From the NCBI GenBank assembly GCA_964199315.1, contig OZ116702.1, forward strand, positions 32,116,001 to 32,180,000: a stretch of DNA of 64,000 bases. Direction: 5' to 3'. Below, piece after piece: positions 10,589-24,500 of this stretch. Below the pieces are notes generated by a model. That model saw nothing but the letters and a program-made list of their open reading frames with translations. It made no database searches and was not told the DNA's origin. How positions within the stretch are numbered: the first letter of the stretch is position 1; each line of letters starts with the position of its first letter. The position numbers and the translations under genes were made by a program. The stretch comes from Orbicella franksi (Eukaryota).

Positions 10589-13039
10589 TGCCACTGAAGC
10601 GGCTGGGATAAATGTTTTGCTTCTTGTTGTTATTTGCGCGAAAACATATACGGTATGGCAATGTCTACAATCTAATGATAGGCAGATCCACTGCCTTTTT
10701 ATAAGTCTTGCAACAATAATTAGGCTTGTTATTTCGTGCGCAGCTCGCCACCCGAAAGTGACCTATCAGCTTGTGCCACAAATTGCTTTTAATTTTTTAT
10801 GTTTTCCTTAAATTGCGCTGCTACGCCAGATGAAATACCGACTGCTGTTTTTCTTTTTTCACTTTATTCTGTAGTCTATGATAAACAGTCTTCCATCAAA
10901 TTTTTCATCACGACAAGTCATGGAGAACACAGGATTTTCAACACTTGAGCTCAATTAAATCATCCTGATGCCCGAGCAGAGACTGCTTATTGGAGTTTAC
11001 AGTTAGAACTTTTAATGTCCAGTATATTGACATCGTAAACCGCTTAATCAACGGCTGCCCCGCAAATGAGTTTATTCTGCAGAGACATGAAGTTTTCTCA
11101 AGTGTCAACTGTATTATCTCAAGTCAGTCTCTTAACAAAGAGGCTCCTTCTGTGCAAACCGTGCATTGCGTATGAATTTTTCAACGGCTGATATCTTCTG
11201 AATCACATTAAAACTTGAGTTCTATAAGTTTCTATGAAAAGTTTTTGTACCTGTCTACATAAAGAGAAAGATCTGGGTGGAGACTGGAGACTCAGGACAG
11301 GGCGTTTAGTTTGTTTTCTTAAAATAAACAAGAGACTAAAAAGTTTAAATATTGATGTCGAACAAAGAACTGCTTAATTGCTTTCTTATTTATCCCTTTT
11401 CTTAAAACTCCCACCAGTTCCTAGGGGTAGGATGACTGGAGCAGCTTAACCTGTATGTGCCTTTCATGATTGCTTTGGCTTTTACCCGGCGAAATTCGTA
11501 TTTCATTTCCTATCAGTTACCTCTCCGGCTCATCACATTATTTTTCATACGACTTGCTAAGACTGCTAAGGAGAAAGAACTACTCTATTTATATTCTACT
11601 AAAACCTCGTGGTTTCAGATTTCTCTCTCGGAGAGTGCAAGTCCAACATACTTCTGAAATTCACTGTTTTGCCGGTTTTGCGAGAATTTCTGGCCTAACA
11701 TGAAATGTTGTAAAGTATATATTTCTGGTCTAAGACGATCATGTCATAGTTTAATTAAGTCGCTCAAGAACAGTTGGAAGATTTTTAATGATCTTGTGGT
11801 ATAAATTGCCTTGTAGTAAAGACTGGTTTCACATTATTATCTTGCCCTTTTTTACAATCTGATTGGTTGTTGCAGCTTAAGCTTTTAGTATTTGAATTTA
11901 CTTCCTTTATTTCTACGTTGGTCTTATTGCAATGCAAGTCAGGAAAAGCAGGTTTGATAAAGAGGATTCAACGCAAATTAAAAGCGCTGTAAAATGTCTT
12001 AAATTCGTTTAGTATTCAGTTCTCCAATCCTTTAGACATAATTCAATACCAAGTGTGATCAACTTTTTCTGTGTGTCAAGAACATGTAAATGACAAGCGC
12101 CGCTATAATTACCATAATACAGAAAATGCTCGCCCATCTTACGATCATAAAGTCAGATTTAGATTAAAAGAAGGCTGAGCTGCGAGGGGAATGGTGAGTA
12201 GTCAAATTGAGAGTTGATTTTTTCTCCTCGCGACTTTACCGCTCGCGAAAATTTCCCCACGTCCTCAGCCCTAGAGTGTGCAGTTCCGCCCCCAGAGCAA
12301 AAGCACTCACGCGCGATATCCCATCAGCTACACAGGCAGGTTGAAGATCTAAGATCAATCTTAAGTGTAGCATTTTTGTACAGTTCAAAAATTTTGTTCA
12401 ACGGATCAAAGCCCATGGTTACTTCCGTCACATTAAAAGATTTTTTAAGTCTTTTAGAAAAATACTTAAAGTGATTCCTCACATTTGCATTGCGCATCTT
12501 TACTGCGCATAATTTATGACGTTACTAGCGCGCGCTCGTGTACGCGCACATTGAAAACATAGCGGATTTGCCTTGATTTTGAGTTCCGTCAGTTGAAAAA
12601 TGGCTATAGCCCACTAACAGCTCCAGCACTCCAATTTTTTTCCAGTCGTTTTAATCAACTAATAATTAGCTTTGCGTGAGAAAAGACTGATCTAATTTCC
12701 ATTGCTGAAAATTGAAGAATTAAGGAAAATAGCAGCTGCACTGTAGTCTTTTCTATTTTGTAGTTTGATAGCCGTGGCGAGCAATTTGGTTCCAATATTT
12801 TAACAAAGATTCAGCTGTCTGTCAAAATCAAACTAAAAAGTTTATTTGTGTCCGACACAAGTATTGACTGTAGTTTGAGGCGTGTTTTCATGAGTCTGGG
12901 CTCACAACGATTTTACAATAACGTGGAATTCGTTCTTGTAATAAGCATTAAATAATGCCAAAATGGGATATTTTCAATGCCTCACAGCTCCTTAACGAGC
13001 ATGGGCACCCCCCAATTTTATTTTATAATTAAAGTTCTC

Positions 13040-13560
13040 ATATGACAAATGTTCAGTGGACAAAGTTTCAACAAAAATCTATTGCGTTAAATTTTCCAAA
13101 AATCTCGGAAACTTCTAAATATCCCCCAAAATATCCGAATATTTGTGGAAAGGCCTATTCATGCACTAGAATGACCCTTGGCAAACCCAACAAACGCCGT
13201 CATTATTTTCTCACAAGTTCACGAAAACGAGGGTTTTTTTCTCTCAGTTTTCAAATTTGCCTATGGAAACTGATATCGTTAAAAATTAAAGGATTCGAAG
13301 AATTCTCGGTTTCTGACTCAGCGAAAGTTTTGTAGGATCATCTGGGATGTATTCTAACAAAAGATGTTCGATGTATTCCCGAATTGAGAAGTCCTAAGTT
13401 ATTTTCCAAGTAGCTTGTGGCAAAGAGGCGGCGATGATAAACGTCCATCAAAACTTATAGTTTTTCAAGACTGTCTGCTTTAAGGGTCGACTGTGTGATT
13501 GAAAACTGCTGTAATTCTTGACACAATGAAAATTGCATGAAGTGCGAAGTTCTTGTCTGA
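13040..13560. repeat. Old degenerate repeat with further copies at about 28130-28620 and 29930-30720
   Basis: Shared blocks such as caaacccaacaaa, tttgactcagcgaaagttt and gcttgtggcaaagagg..gatgataaacgtccatca. Confidence 0.65.
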
Positions 13561-14755
13561 ACGGAAAACATCCGGGCACTGAACGTGCGAGTTATTGACA
13601 GAAGCTTCCCGTTCAGGCTTCTAACTCAACGAGGAGGATGAATCCATCAATCCGTGCCATTTTTTTCGCCAAATCAATCGATCCGCCAATATTTTCCTTC
13701 AAATCCGGAGCCGCATTGTTTGAAAAACAAATCATCAAAACGACTTCGGGACTTTTTCGGAAGTTTTGGAGACACCTCCGGATATTCCAGAGTTGTTTTG
13801 CACAGGTTTGGAGGTTCTCGGCATATTTAGAAAATCATCGGACATTAACCTAATTCCTAATCTTAAAAAAATTACAACTTAACAGATTTGCCACTTAGTT
13901 TTTGTGTAAAAGTTCTTCGGTAAACCGGTAGATGTGGATACCATTGTCCAAATCGCGAAATCTATAATGAAGTCAAGCATGTTCCATAAAGATTACACTA
14001 TTTTAAGACAATACAAAACCCGAGTTTACCTAATCCAGGCCCAATCCGAAAAAAGAAATAACGTGGATAAAATACTAACATACCGGCCGTAGCAGCTGGC
14101 ACACTAATATAAACTGAGCTCAACAGTGGACAAAACTAGGAGGTTTTCTCCCAAAAAGAGACTGCTAGTATATAAACCATTGCATATGCTTCGTAAGGCT
14201 AATTGACTGCAGAATTAGGTTCAGATTCGACTTCAAGAACACGACAGAAATACCCTCGAGGCAAACATAGAAAACAGTGGCGATAAAAAAAGAGACAAGG
14301 AGAGGGCGTTTACTTGTATTTAGTTTACTGAAACTGAGAGGAAATTATAAAAATCGAATATTACTGACTTAGAATTGCTTTGAAAGGAGAATTAGCACTG
14401 GAATTCTTGACGTCAGGTTCACTCACTTTATTGTTTCCTAATTTAAGAAAACTACAAATGATGACAAGGAAATTGTCGAAATAGCGGCTGTACTTAAACT
14501 GCTCTGTAAATTAAAGTTTATTTAAAGTAGGTTGAATCAAATAAATAGCAGTGTTGATATAAATATTATTTACACGGTTTATATGACGGCCGAGCAATTC
14601 TTATGAATGAACTGGATGACGCCACAGGAATTGTCAAAAGAAGGTTTAGAAACCGTTTATAAAGTTTTTGAATCAAATAGAAAGCAGTATTGAGATAAAA
14701 AGATAATATTTACCAGACTTAAAACGAAGTATAACTCCTAACATAAGAAAATTAC

Positions 14756-14922
14756 CAGTGGCGGATCCAGGGGAAGGGCCCGAGGGGCCCGCCCCCCTCC
14801 CTCCCCCCCCCCCCCCTTATTCTGGGTGAAAAAAGAAGAAATGACTGAAGGAAGAAAAGCCGGCAGGGCAAGTAAAACAAAACCGGGCACCCACCTTAGC
14901 TCAAAGTCTGGATCCGCCACTG
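14756..14922. mobile_element. 167-bp MITE with CAGTGGCGGATCCAG TIRs and 5-bp TSD (ATTAC)
   Basis: Perfect 15-bp TIRs; attac on both sides; the paralogous G4 site (about 24320) has a single attac. Confidence 0.9.
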
Positions 14923-15140
14923 ATTACAAATGGAATTTTCATAATAACTTCAAAATGATTGTAAAGTCAGTGTTCAAAGAAACGTTTAAAACCGTTCGGC
15001 AAAGTTTCTTTAAGCTATAGTGTACATTGAATGCGATTCAAAGCAGTTTTAAATTCATGTTTTCTTACAAGTTTCAGGTCGACTGATCCTCTCGACTGTT
15101 AAGAAGTATCATCAGCTACTGTGATGTTTTCAACTACCAT

Positions 15141-16106
15141 TTATCTAAAAGGAGTCTTAAGTCCTTTACGATAATTTCTACTGAAAATAAAACAGATGCA
15201 AGGGTTCATAGCACAATTTGTACGAGCCATAAAAGAGGCAACAAAGGAGAAGTATTGGAAGCCACAAGACGATATGATGTCCGATACAAAATGGAAGAGA
15301 AGCAAGCGTATAGCAAAGGGCAGCCAGCATACTGCAAACCCTAACACAATAGCAATGGCCATCTTTAACACATTGCTTTCCCTTTGTTGCCGTTGTTGTC
15401 CAGCGTTGGCCGATTGTTCACCTGGAATCTTCTGTGACTTGAGCTTTACATAGGTGGTAATGTAAAGTGTGGCTATCAAGAGCAACGGGATAAATACGAA
15501 TGTAACAAGCCATGACACGAAGTAATTCTCAAAGGATGAGGACTCTCCAAAGGCTTCTTTCCAATGCAGCGTACACACCAACCCTCCTGAGTATTCAACT
15601 AGTTTGAGGGCGAAGAGATATGGGGAAAGGAAAGCCAACGAGACGATCCAAGTGGCGAGAATGAAGAACGGACACAGCTTTGAACTAATGAGTGGGGAAC
15701 GGAGGGGGTATACCACAACTCCAAATCGATCCACTGCTATCAGAACCAGGCTTTGAACAGACACAGCCATGGAGACATATGGTAAGTAGTAAGTCAGCTT
15801 ACATAAGACCTGGCCAAGAGGACCACCGATCAGCCAGGAGTTTATGTAGAGCTGTTGAATATCCCAAGGAACCAAAAAACTCGGAAAGAGCAGATCGGAC
15901 ATGGCCATATTTACGATTAAAAACTTGATGGGTTTTCTCATGGTTTTCGTCTTGTAGGCAATTATTCCGATGACGGTATTCCCAGCCAGCGAAACAAGAA
16001 AAATCAGGCAGGAAACAAAGGTTATGCCGATTTTTTCTGCTGTAGGATTCCAGTAGCACTTCGATGGCTGTGTTCCATTCATTGTTTTGTTCAAGTCTTG
16101 TGACAT
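15141..16106 (-). CDS. Intronless class A GPCR, copy G2 (321 aa), the most divergent paralog
   Basis: Same motifs as G1 (GN, SDLL, DRF, CWLP, NPCIC); intact ORF. Confidence 0.95.
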   Translation of the reverse strand: MSQDLNKTMNGTQPSKCYWNPTAEKIGITFVSCLIFLVSLAGNTVIGIIAYKTKTMRKPIKFLIVNMAMSDLLFPSFLVPWDIQQLYINSWLIGGPLGQVLCKLTYYLPYVSMAVSVQSLVLIAVDRFGVVVYPLRSPLISSKLCPFFILATWIVSLAFLSPYLFALKLVEYSGGLVCTLHWKEAFGESSSFENYFVSWLVTFVFIPLLLIATLYITTYVKLKSQKIPGEQSANAGQQRQQRESNVLKMAIAIVLGFAVCWLPFAIRLLLFHFVSDIISSCGFQYFSFVASFMARTNCAMNPCICFIFSRNYRKGLKTPFR

Positions 16107-17620
16107 AGCCGTTCAGTTTCTTTTTCCGCTCTTACGCTCACGAATAACTTTTCTTCTGGTTTGATCACATTCAGTAATAACGTCATGTTTATATGTTATG
16201 TTTCCACCCGAAAGCGGTATAAATGTTTGCCTTCACGTTGTCATTTGCGCGAAAATAATTGCTTAACAATTTGGCATGTTTCACGAGGCTTTCAGAGAAT
16301 GCTCCTCGTCGATGTTTAAATTTAGAAATTTTAATTTTCAATATAATGACAGCGCAAAGCACCTAATCAACGGCTGCCGCGCAAATGTGTTATGTTTGTT
16401 TACCCCACAGAGATCAAGTTTTTTCGAGTATCCAAATCAGCCTCTCAAGAAAGAGACTCCTGTTATATAAACCGCGCATTGTATCTCACTTCTTCTACGG
16501 CTAGCATCGTGAGGATTAGATTCAACTCACTGAGAGTCAGTTTGTTTAAAAAGCATTTGCACCTGTCTACAAAAAGAGAGGGATCTGGGTGGAGACGGAA
16601 GAGGAGAGAGCGTATTGTTTGTTTTTCTCAAAATAAAGGAGAAACCAAAAAGTCCAAATAATGTCAATCAAGCAACCGCTTAATTTGCTTTCTTATTTGT
16701 CCCTTTTCTGAAAACTCGCACTAGTTCTTAGGGTTGAGATGACTGGAGCAGCTTAACCTGTATGTGCCTTTCATGATTGCTTTGGATTTTGCTCGGCGAC
16801 ATTTCATATTGGTTACTCCTCCGGCGCACACATTCGTTTTGATGTGGCTTGCTAACGATGAAGAACTTCTCTATTACTATACCTCATGGTTTCAGATTCC
16901 TGTCTAGGAGTGTGCGACTCGAGCCGGGTCGTCTGAAATTCAGCCTAGGTCATGTTTTTTCTCGTTTTGCGAGAATTTCCGGCCTAACATGAAATGTTTT
17001 AAAGTATTTCTATTCTTAAACCATCACAGCTTATTAAGCAGCTCAAGAACTCCTGGAAGATTTGCGATGATCGTGTGTTAGAAATTGCCTCGTATGAGAA
17101 AAGTTTTACTGACATTATCATTGTTTACGTTTCATACGAATTTGATCAGTTTCAGTGTGGCTTTTAGTATTCGAATTTCCTTCTTTTATTTCTACGTGCG
17201 ACTTATTGTAATGTAAATCAGGAAAAAAAGGTCTGATAAAGAGGATTCCACCCAAATTTTAAAGTGCAGAAAATGTCTTAAATTTGTTTAACAGTAAGGT
17301 CTCCCATCCAAAAGACATTATTGGTCATTATTCAGTACCAAGCGTGATCAACTTTTTTCGTGTCTCAAGTGCAGTGAATGAAAAACCCCGCTATATATGG
17401 CATAACAGAAAATGCGCGCCTCTTAATTTGCGGACAGCTGCAGGTTTGCAGGTTAAGATAAATTTGAAATTTAGTTAAAACGAAGTTTGGAAGCATACTC
17501 ATTACAGAAGCGAAGGCAAGATATTATTGAATTGTATTATATTTCTGCGAACACCAGATCGGAATTTTTCAATGTTGTATCAAATACACCATCCTTGACA
17601 TCTATCATATTTAATGGTAG

Positions 17621-17752
17621 TTTTCCCAGCCAGCGAAACAAGAAAAACCAGGCAGTAAGCAAAGGTCATGCCGATTTTTTCTGCTGTAGGATTCCAGTAG
17701 CAGCTCGATGGCTGTGATCCATTCATCGTTGAGTTCAAGTTTTGCGATCCAT
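17621..17752 (-). pseudogene. GPCR copy G3: 5' fragment only (N-terminus and TM1)
   Basis: ATG followed by a 2-nt insertion; the second in-frame ATG (17726) reads MNGSQPSSCYWNPTAEKIGMTFAYCLVFLVSLAGK, then homology breaks at about 17621 and a stop follows 13 codons later. Confidence 0.9.
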
Positions 17753-19115
17753 AGTCGTTCAGTTTCCTTTTTCGCTCTTACGCTCACAAATGAGTTTTCT
17801 ACTGATTTGTTCCCTTATTAAGGTCGCTCTATATATGCGCTACTGAAGCTGGGATAAACGTTTCGCTTCTTGTTGTTATTTGCGCGAAAACATATACGGT
17901 ATGGCAATGTCTACAATCTAATGATAGGCAGATCCACTGCCTTTTCACAAGTATTGCGACAATAATTAGGCTTGTTTTTTCGTGCGCAGCTCGCCACCCG
18001 AAAGTGACCTATCAGCTTGTGCCACAAATTGCTTTTAATTTTTTATGTTTCTCTTAAATTTCACTTCTGCGCCAGATGGAGTACCGACAGCTGTTTTCCT
18101 TTTTTCACTTTCCTCTGTAGTCTATGATAAACAGTCTTCCATCATAGTTTTTATCACGACAAGTCATGGAGTACACAGGATTTTTAACACTTGAGCTCAA
18201 TTCAATCATCCTGATGCCCAAGCAGAGACTGCTTATTGGAGTTTAAAGTTAGAAATTTTAATGTCCAGTATACTGACATCGTAAACCACCTAATCAACGG
18301 CTGCCCCGCAAATGAGTTTATTCTGCAGAGACATGAAGTTTTCTCAAGTGTCAGTATTATCTCAAGTCAGGCTCTTAACAAAGAGACTCCTTCTTTGCAA
18401 ACCGTGCATTGTATTGATATCTTCTGAATCACATTAAAACTTGAGTTCCATAATTTTCTATAAAAAGTTTTTGTACCTGTCTACATAAAGAGAAAGATCT
18501 GGGTGGAGACTGGAGACTCAGGACAGGGCGTTTAGTTTGTTTTCTTAAAATAAACAAGAGACTAAAAAGTTTAAATATTGATGTCGAACAAAGAACTGTT
18601 TAATTGCTTCCTTATTTATCCCTTTCCTTAAAACTCCCACCAGTTCCAATGGGAAGGATGACTGGAGCAGCTTAACCCGTATGTGCCTTTCATGATTGCT
18701 TTGCATGGATTTTACCCGGCGAAATTCGTATTTCATTTCCTATCAGTTACCTCTCCGGCTCATCATATTATTTTTAATACGACTTGCTAAGACTGCTAAG
18801 GAGAAAGAACTACTCTATTTATATTCTACTAAAACCTCGTGGTTTCAGATTTCTCTCTCGGAGAGTGCAAGTCCAACATACTTCTGAAATTCACTGTTTT
18901 GCCGGTTTTGCGAGAATTTCTGGCCTAACATGAAATGTTGTAAAGTATATATTTCTGTTCTAAGACGATCATGTCATAGTTCAAGTCGCTCAAGAACACC
19001 TGGAGGATTTTTAATGCTCTTGTGGTATAAATTGCCTAGTCGTAAAGACTGTTTTCACATCATTATCTTTCCCTTTTTTTACAATCTGATTGGTTGTTGC
19101 AGCTTAAGCTTTTAG

Positions 19116-20309
19116 GAGGGGAACATGGGGATTTGCGGTGTTGCGGTGTTGATGTTTTTTTCAATGCGGTGATGCGGTGGATAAAATCTCAACTTGCGGT
19201 GCTGCGGTGATCTCAGACCCTACGGTGTGCGATGTTTGTGTTTTTCACGCTGCGGTGTTCGGTGAAATGAAATTGTTCGCGGTGCTGGGGTTGTTTGATT
19301 TACCTTTCTCAAACCTAAATTTGACCTAAATTTAGCATGTAAACTTCGTTAATCCATGCTAATTTATGACAAACACGTACCATTGAAGTTAATAATTTGT
19401 AACAAAAAACAGACCATCACTTTCTCGTCAATCTTCAATATGCTTCGGCTGCCAATCCGAAGCTGTTTCTATTTATACGTAACTTGACAAGTAACTCGAC
19501 CTCTGCCGTCCGGAGCTCAGTGTTCGGTAGACACGTGGAGGAGCGAGGACAGAAACAATCATGGAAATTCTGGAAACGCCAAGGCCGAATATAATGTATT
19601 ATGGACTGCGCAGCTTTTTTCTACGCGAAAAAGGAAAAGGTGGCGAAAACTACCGGCAACAAAATATATTCAGATGTTGCGTCGGCAGGGAAGAAAGAAG
19701 GCTTTCTAAGCTAAGGAAGCTTTGTGAATTACACACGTTTACTTTTTTTTTTTCCTTTTGCTATTCGGCTTCGTCTAGAGGTCATTCTGATACCGGTCTA
19801 TACCCACTCCCAGGTCCCGCGACTTTCTTGACCTTCCGTTTTGTCAAACGATTATCGATATCGAACGCAAACGCAGCTAGCTCTGGAAAGCAATACTTCC
19901 AGTCAAGATAGGGCTTCAGTCTGTGGGTTTATACACCAAGAAAAGTAAGCGAAGTACATGTAAAAGAAGGAATCTAGGGTAAAGGTCATCTCTCGAGGCT
20001 CCTCTCTTTTTTCTTCGTCTGCTTCCTAGCTTCCCGCAAGGTTTCTCCACAAGAGCAAGAAAACAGATTTACAGGCATCAGCAGTATCGAGACATGCGCA
20101 ATGAAAAGCGTTGTGATGTGTTTATTTTGTGGAAAATTGTTGAGCTATAAAAGTATTGTTTTAAGTGTAGATGAACGAATCATGACGCTAAAAATACGAG
20201 TTGCGGTGACGGTGTTTCGTTGACTTTTCTTGCGGTGATACGGTGTACGTTACTTTTTTGCGGTGTTGCGGTGTTCAGAACCTCCCCCCCCCCCCCCCAA
20301 GTCCCCCTC
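19116..20309. mobile_element. 1194-bp non-autonomous DNA element with 6-bp TSD (TTTTAG)
   Basis: Ends gaggggaac / gtccccctc; ttttag at 19110-19115 and 20310-20315; single ttttag at the empty paralogous sites (11883 and 26861); many GCGGTG subterminal repeats. Confidence 0.9.
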
Positions 20310-21575
20310 TTTTAGTATTTGAATTTACTTCCTTTATTTCTACGTTGGTCTTATTGCAATGCAAGTCAGGAAAAGCAGGTCTGATAAAGAGGATTCAACG
20401 CAAATTAAAAACGCTGTAAAATGTCTTAAATTCGTTTAGTATTTAGTTCTACTATCCTTTAGACACAATTCAATACCAAGTGTGATCAACTTTTTCTGTG
20501 TGTCAAGAACATGTAAATGAAAAGCGCCGCTATAATTACCATAATACAGAAAATGCTCGCCCATCTTAACTTGTAAACAACTGGTTGAGGTAAATGTCGA
20601 ATCAAGTTAAAAAACGAAGACTCGAAGCATAACCATTATTTTATACTATTCATTCGTGATATCAAAATATCATTTGAATTGTGTTTTATGTCTGTAAGCA
20701 GCCGTTAAAGCTTCTAGCTAGAAGACTGCGCACACCGGGTCAGACTGGAACCCGTCTACGTTCTACGGCTTCTATGTTCAGTATCTGTAATAGTCTATGT
20801 TCTTATCTTCTATGTTGTTCAGGTTCACTAGGTAACGTCAAAGGATTTGTATATCTTTCCTCTTGGCTTTTTCTTTAGAGTAATGTTTCTTTTTCACTCA
20901 ATAATATCCCAGTTAGAGTTTTATGTTGTATTTAAGGCAGGTGTCTGCAGCATGGAAAATATTTGCGTTTCCACGCGATAACATCGTGCAAATGCATCCT
21001 GTTTATGCTTACCACACAGTCAACAGACAGTGAGTTAATTAGGCGTCAGTTTATAGATATTTTTCTTTTCTGAGGAAACTAAGTGAACAAAAGCCTCACC
21101 GCCTTTATAATTTTAAGCTAACATCTGATAAAACACTCACATATCAGAGAGTAGTTACCTAAAACTCAATATCACCGTGTATATAATTTTAATTCATCTG
21201 TGTTCCCCAGCAATAAAGCTACCGTCACCTGAATTTTCAGCGTAAAACGTTATTTATTTTGCTGTTCTAGCTTTTTCTTAACTTTCTCTGCCGGCCTTTT
21301 CTGAAACCGGTTCAAAGATAATGAACTACTGAATATATTGGCTTTATGATTGCTTCATTTTAACTCTAACATAACTCATTCAACGAGAACTGTTTTGTTT
21401 TAAACTCACCAGCCGTGTAAACATTTGTCATTTTATCTTGTATTGAATGCGGAGTTACACTCTTAACTTCGCTGCTTTGATTAAAAGTAAATTGTTAAGA
21501 ATGACAACGTTTCGCTTGTCAAGAGGGTTTGCGCGTCTATTTAGACTCAGTGAGACGCATTTGTGTGGATTTTTG

Positions 21576-24500
21576 CACATGCATTTTTTAATACAGGACG
21601 CTTCTTCGCTATAAACAAAACAACTTCTCTCGCCGAAAACGGTGTCCTTGGGCATCACGGGAACTAACTTCGGTGTTCAATTATTAAATGTTTGATTGGA
21701 CAGGCAGTGAGCTCTTTTGAAATCGCTTCTTTCCATTCAAAACAACTCGAAAAATGTGGCACACAAACCGCTATGTAGTAAGAAAATAAGAACAAGAATT
21801 TTAACAGCTGTATTTTTACTTAGTATAACGGCGTACTATTTTATACACAAGTGTAAACGATAGCCTTAAAATCTGGCCGGAAATCTGAATCGACTCAGGA
21901 ACCGGACCCAAAAATGAACATTACAAACCTTTTCAAAGAGGTAAATCTTGTTATTACGGCTCTGTCCCCTTTTACCAGTTGCGATCTCTGTTGCGATGTA
22001 CGGAAAATCTTAGTTTCGACAGCCGATAGATTTTCGCTTGGAGTAGTGAAGAAATCATATACGTTTGGCTCTACGCTTTCTCAGCTTTGGCCGACATCTA
22101 TGTGACATGTCCCCTTTGTTAAAAGGAATCTAAAATAAGGAAGTCATTAGAGAAACATTTCGTGACACTAAGCAACCTCAGTGGAAGTGATATACCAAGC
22201 AGAATTGAGTTTTCGCTAGCAAATAAAACAGCTCTGAAAGTTCACCCTCGCCTTCTAAAAGAGCGTAATCATGGCTGACAGAAATAGCGAAGTGCATCGA
22301 CTTTATAATTACGCACAATCCAATTGTTCCCGGTAAGTACTTAAAATTTGCGGCACAATTTAGGTTGACATCATCACGTTTTTAATTATCAGCTTGCAGG
22401 GCCTTTAAACAACCCAGTCCAGGAACTCCGGTTTTAGGCTTGGCTAAAGCTATATACTATTTTCTGGCGAAGGTGGCGGCGTCTCGAGCAAGTTGGCGGG
22501 AATCTCACTTCTTCCCGCCATTTCCTCGACTTGAAGGGTATTCATCAAAGTTTGATCGTTTTGAACTCCACTGAACCGACCATTCACCGCCTTGTAGATT
22601 TTTTCCTCGCACTACGTTAGCAAGAATGACCTCAAGAATGCCAAAACTAAGTGGAAACCATGACCGTATACCTTTTCCTTTCCGAGCCAAACCATCGACC
22701 TTGGCGCCAAATGTGATCCATTTGGTCGGTGCATAGATACTTCAACAATATCTTGAATAAACTGTGCTCGCTACGGCATTATGTTTCGGTCTGTAAGACA
22801 ATTCAATCGAAATATTGCGTCTGGTTTGCATAGAATCCGAACACTCCAGCTGAATACGGATCATGGTTCACATACGACCATTCTCTCCAGCGCTCAACCT
22901 TGAGTGTTGTTTTTTACGATAACTGCAGAATTTCTCGCGGGCTCATTGGTTAATTTTTATTGTCAATAAGCCGACAGACACATGAATTTATCATTTATGC
23001 GATGTGTCAGCGAGTGAGAGCGAACTGTTATCGTAAAAAACAAATTCAAATGCGTCTGTCCTGTTATTGACAATAAATTTCATCATAACATTGTCAAAGT
23101 AGTCTGCAGATCCACTCGGCTGTCGGCTCGTGGATCCACACCTACTTTGGCAATGTTATGACGAAATTCATGATCAATCACAGGACAGACGCATGAAAAA
23201 CTGACGTCAATTTGTTAAATCGCTGTCATAATAATTAAACATTCGCACTGCATCACCTTCTTCTGTCTGGTCTTCATCTCTTACTCCTATGGTGAGATGC
23301 GTGACAAGTCGATGACCGCAAAGTACACGGCAATGACAGATTCTTCGATCTTGTAACACAACTCGATGAGAACCCATACCCTGCAGCGAATTTCAGAATC
23401 GCATGAATCTCGTCATGCATGACGTTACGGTGTATATGAAGACATGATTGATCATCGCAGTTATATACACACAAGTTAAGCAGTTGCGAAATTAAAGCCT
23501 GAAAAAATTCAGTCCTGAGCAGGTTTCAAACCCATGACCTCTGCGATACCGGTGCGGTGCTCCACCAATTGAGCTATCAAGCCAACTGGGAGCTGGTCAC
23601 GTTGTGAGTTTGTAATATACCCGTAAGTGGCTTCAGAAACAGCTGGCACACAAATATAAACTGAACTCAACAGTGGACAAAACAAGGAGGTTTTCTCCCA
23701 AAAAGAGACTCCTAGTATATAAACCATTACATAGGCTCCGTAAGGCTGATTGACTGCAGAATTAGGTTCAGATTCGACTTGAAGAACACGACAGAAATAC
23801 CCTCAAGACAAACATAGAGAACAGTGGCGATAAAAATAGAGACAAGGAGATGGCGTTTACTTGTATTTCGTTTACTGAAACTGAGAGGAAAGTTATAAAA
23901 ATCGAATATTACTGACTTAGAATTCCTTTGAAAAGGGAATCAGTACTGGAATTACTGACGTCAGTTTCACGCACTTTATTGTTTCCTAAAGACTACAAAT
24001 GATAGCAAGCAAATTGTCAAAAGAACGGCTGTACTTAAACTGTTCCGTAAAGTTTATCTACAGTATGTTGAATCAAATAAATAGCAGTATTGAAATTAAT
24101 ATTATTTACACGGTTTATATGACGACCGAACAATTCTCATGAATGAAAATTACAAAAGTCGAGTTTTCGAAATATAGCTTCAAATGACGCCAAAGGAATT
24201 GTCAAAAGAAGGTTTAGAAACTGTTCTGTAAAGATATTGAATCAAATAGAAAGCAGTATTGAGAAAAATTAATATTATTTACAAGATTTAATACGAAGTA
24301 TGACTTCCAATATAAGAAAATTACAAATGGCGTTTTCATAATAACTACAAAATGATTGTAAACTCAGTGTTCAAAGAAAGGTTTAAGACCGTTCTGCAAA
24401 GTTTCTTTATAGTGTACATTGAATGCGATTCATAGCAGTTTTAAATTAATGCTTTTACAAGTTTCAGGTCGACTGATCCCCTCGACTGTTAAGAAGTATC

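Larger units (their letters stand above)
6536..12168. repeat. Segmental tandem duplication unit A (GPCR1 plus flanks)
   Basis: Colinear and highly similar to 21576..27118, starting at gcacatgcattttttaatacaggacg in both; parts recur at 14093-17600 and 17621-20575. Confidence 0.92.

Noticed and set aside
11457-11703. Small ORFs recurring at 11457, 18696 and 26437 (and 20681/27229, 6876/21914)
   Set aside because: Recurrence is explained by recent segmental duplication; starts vary and no coding signature is evident.
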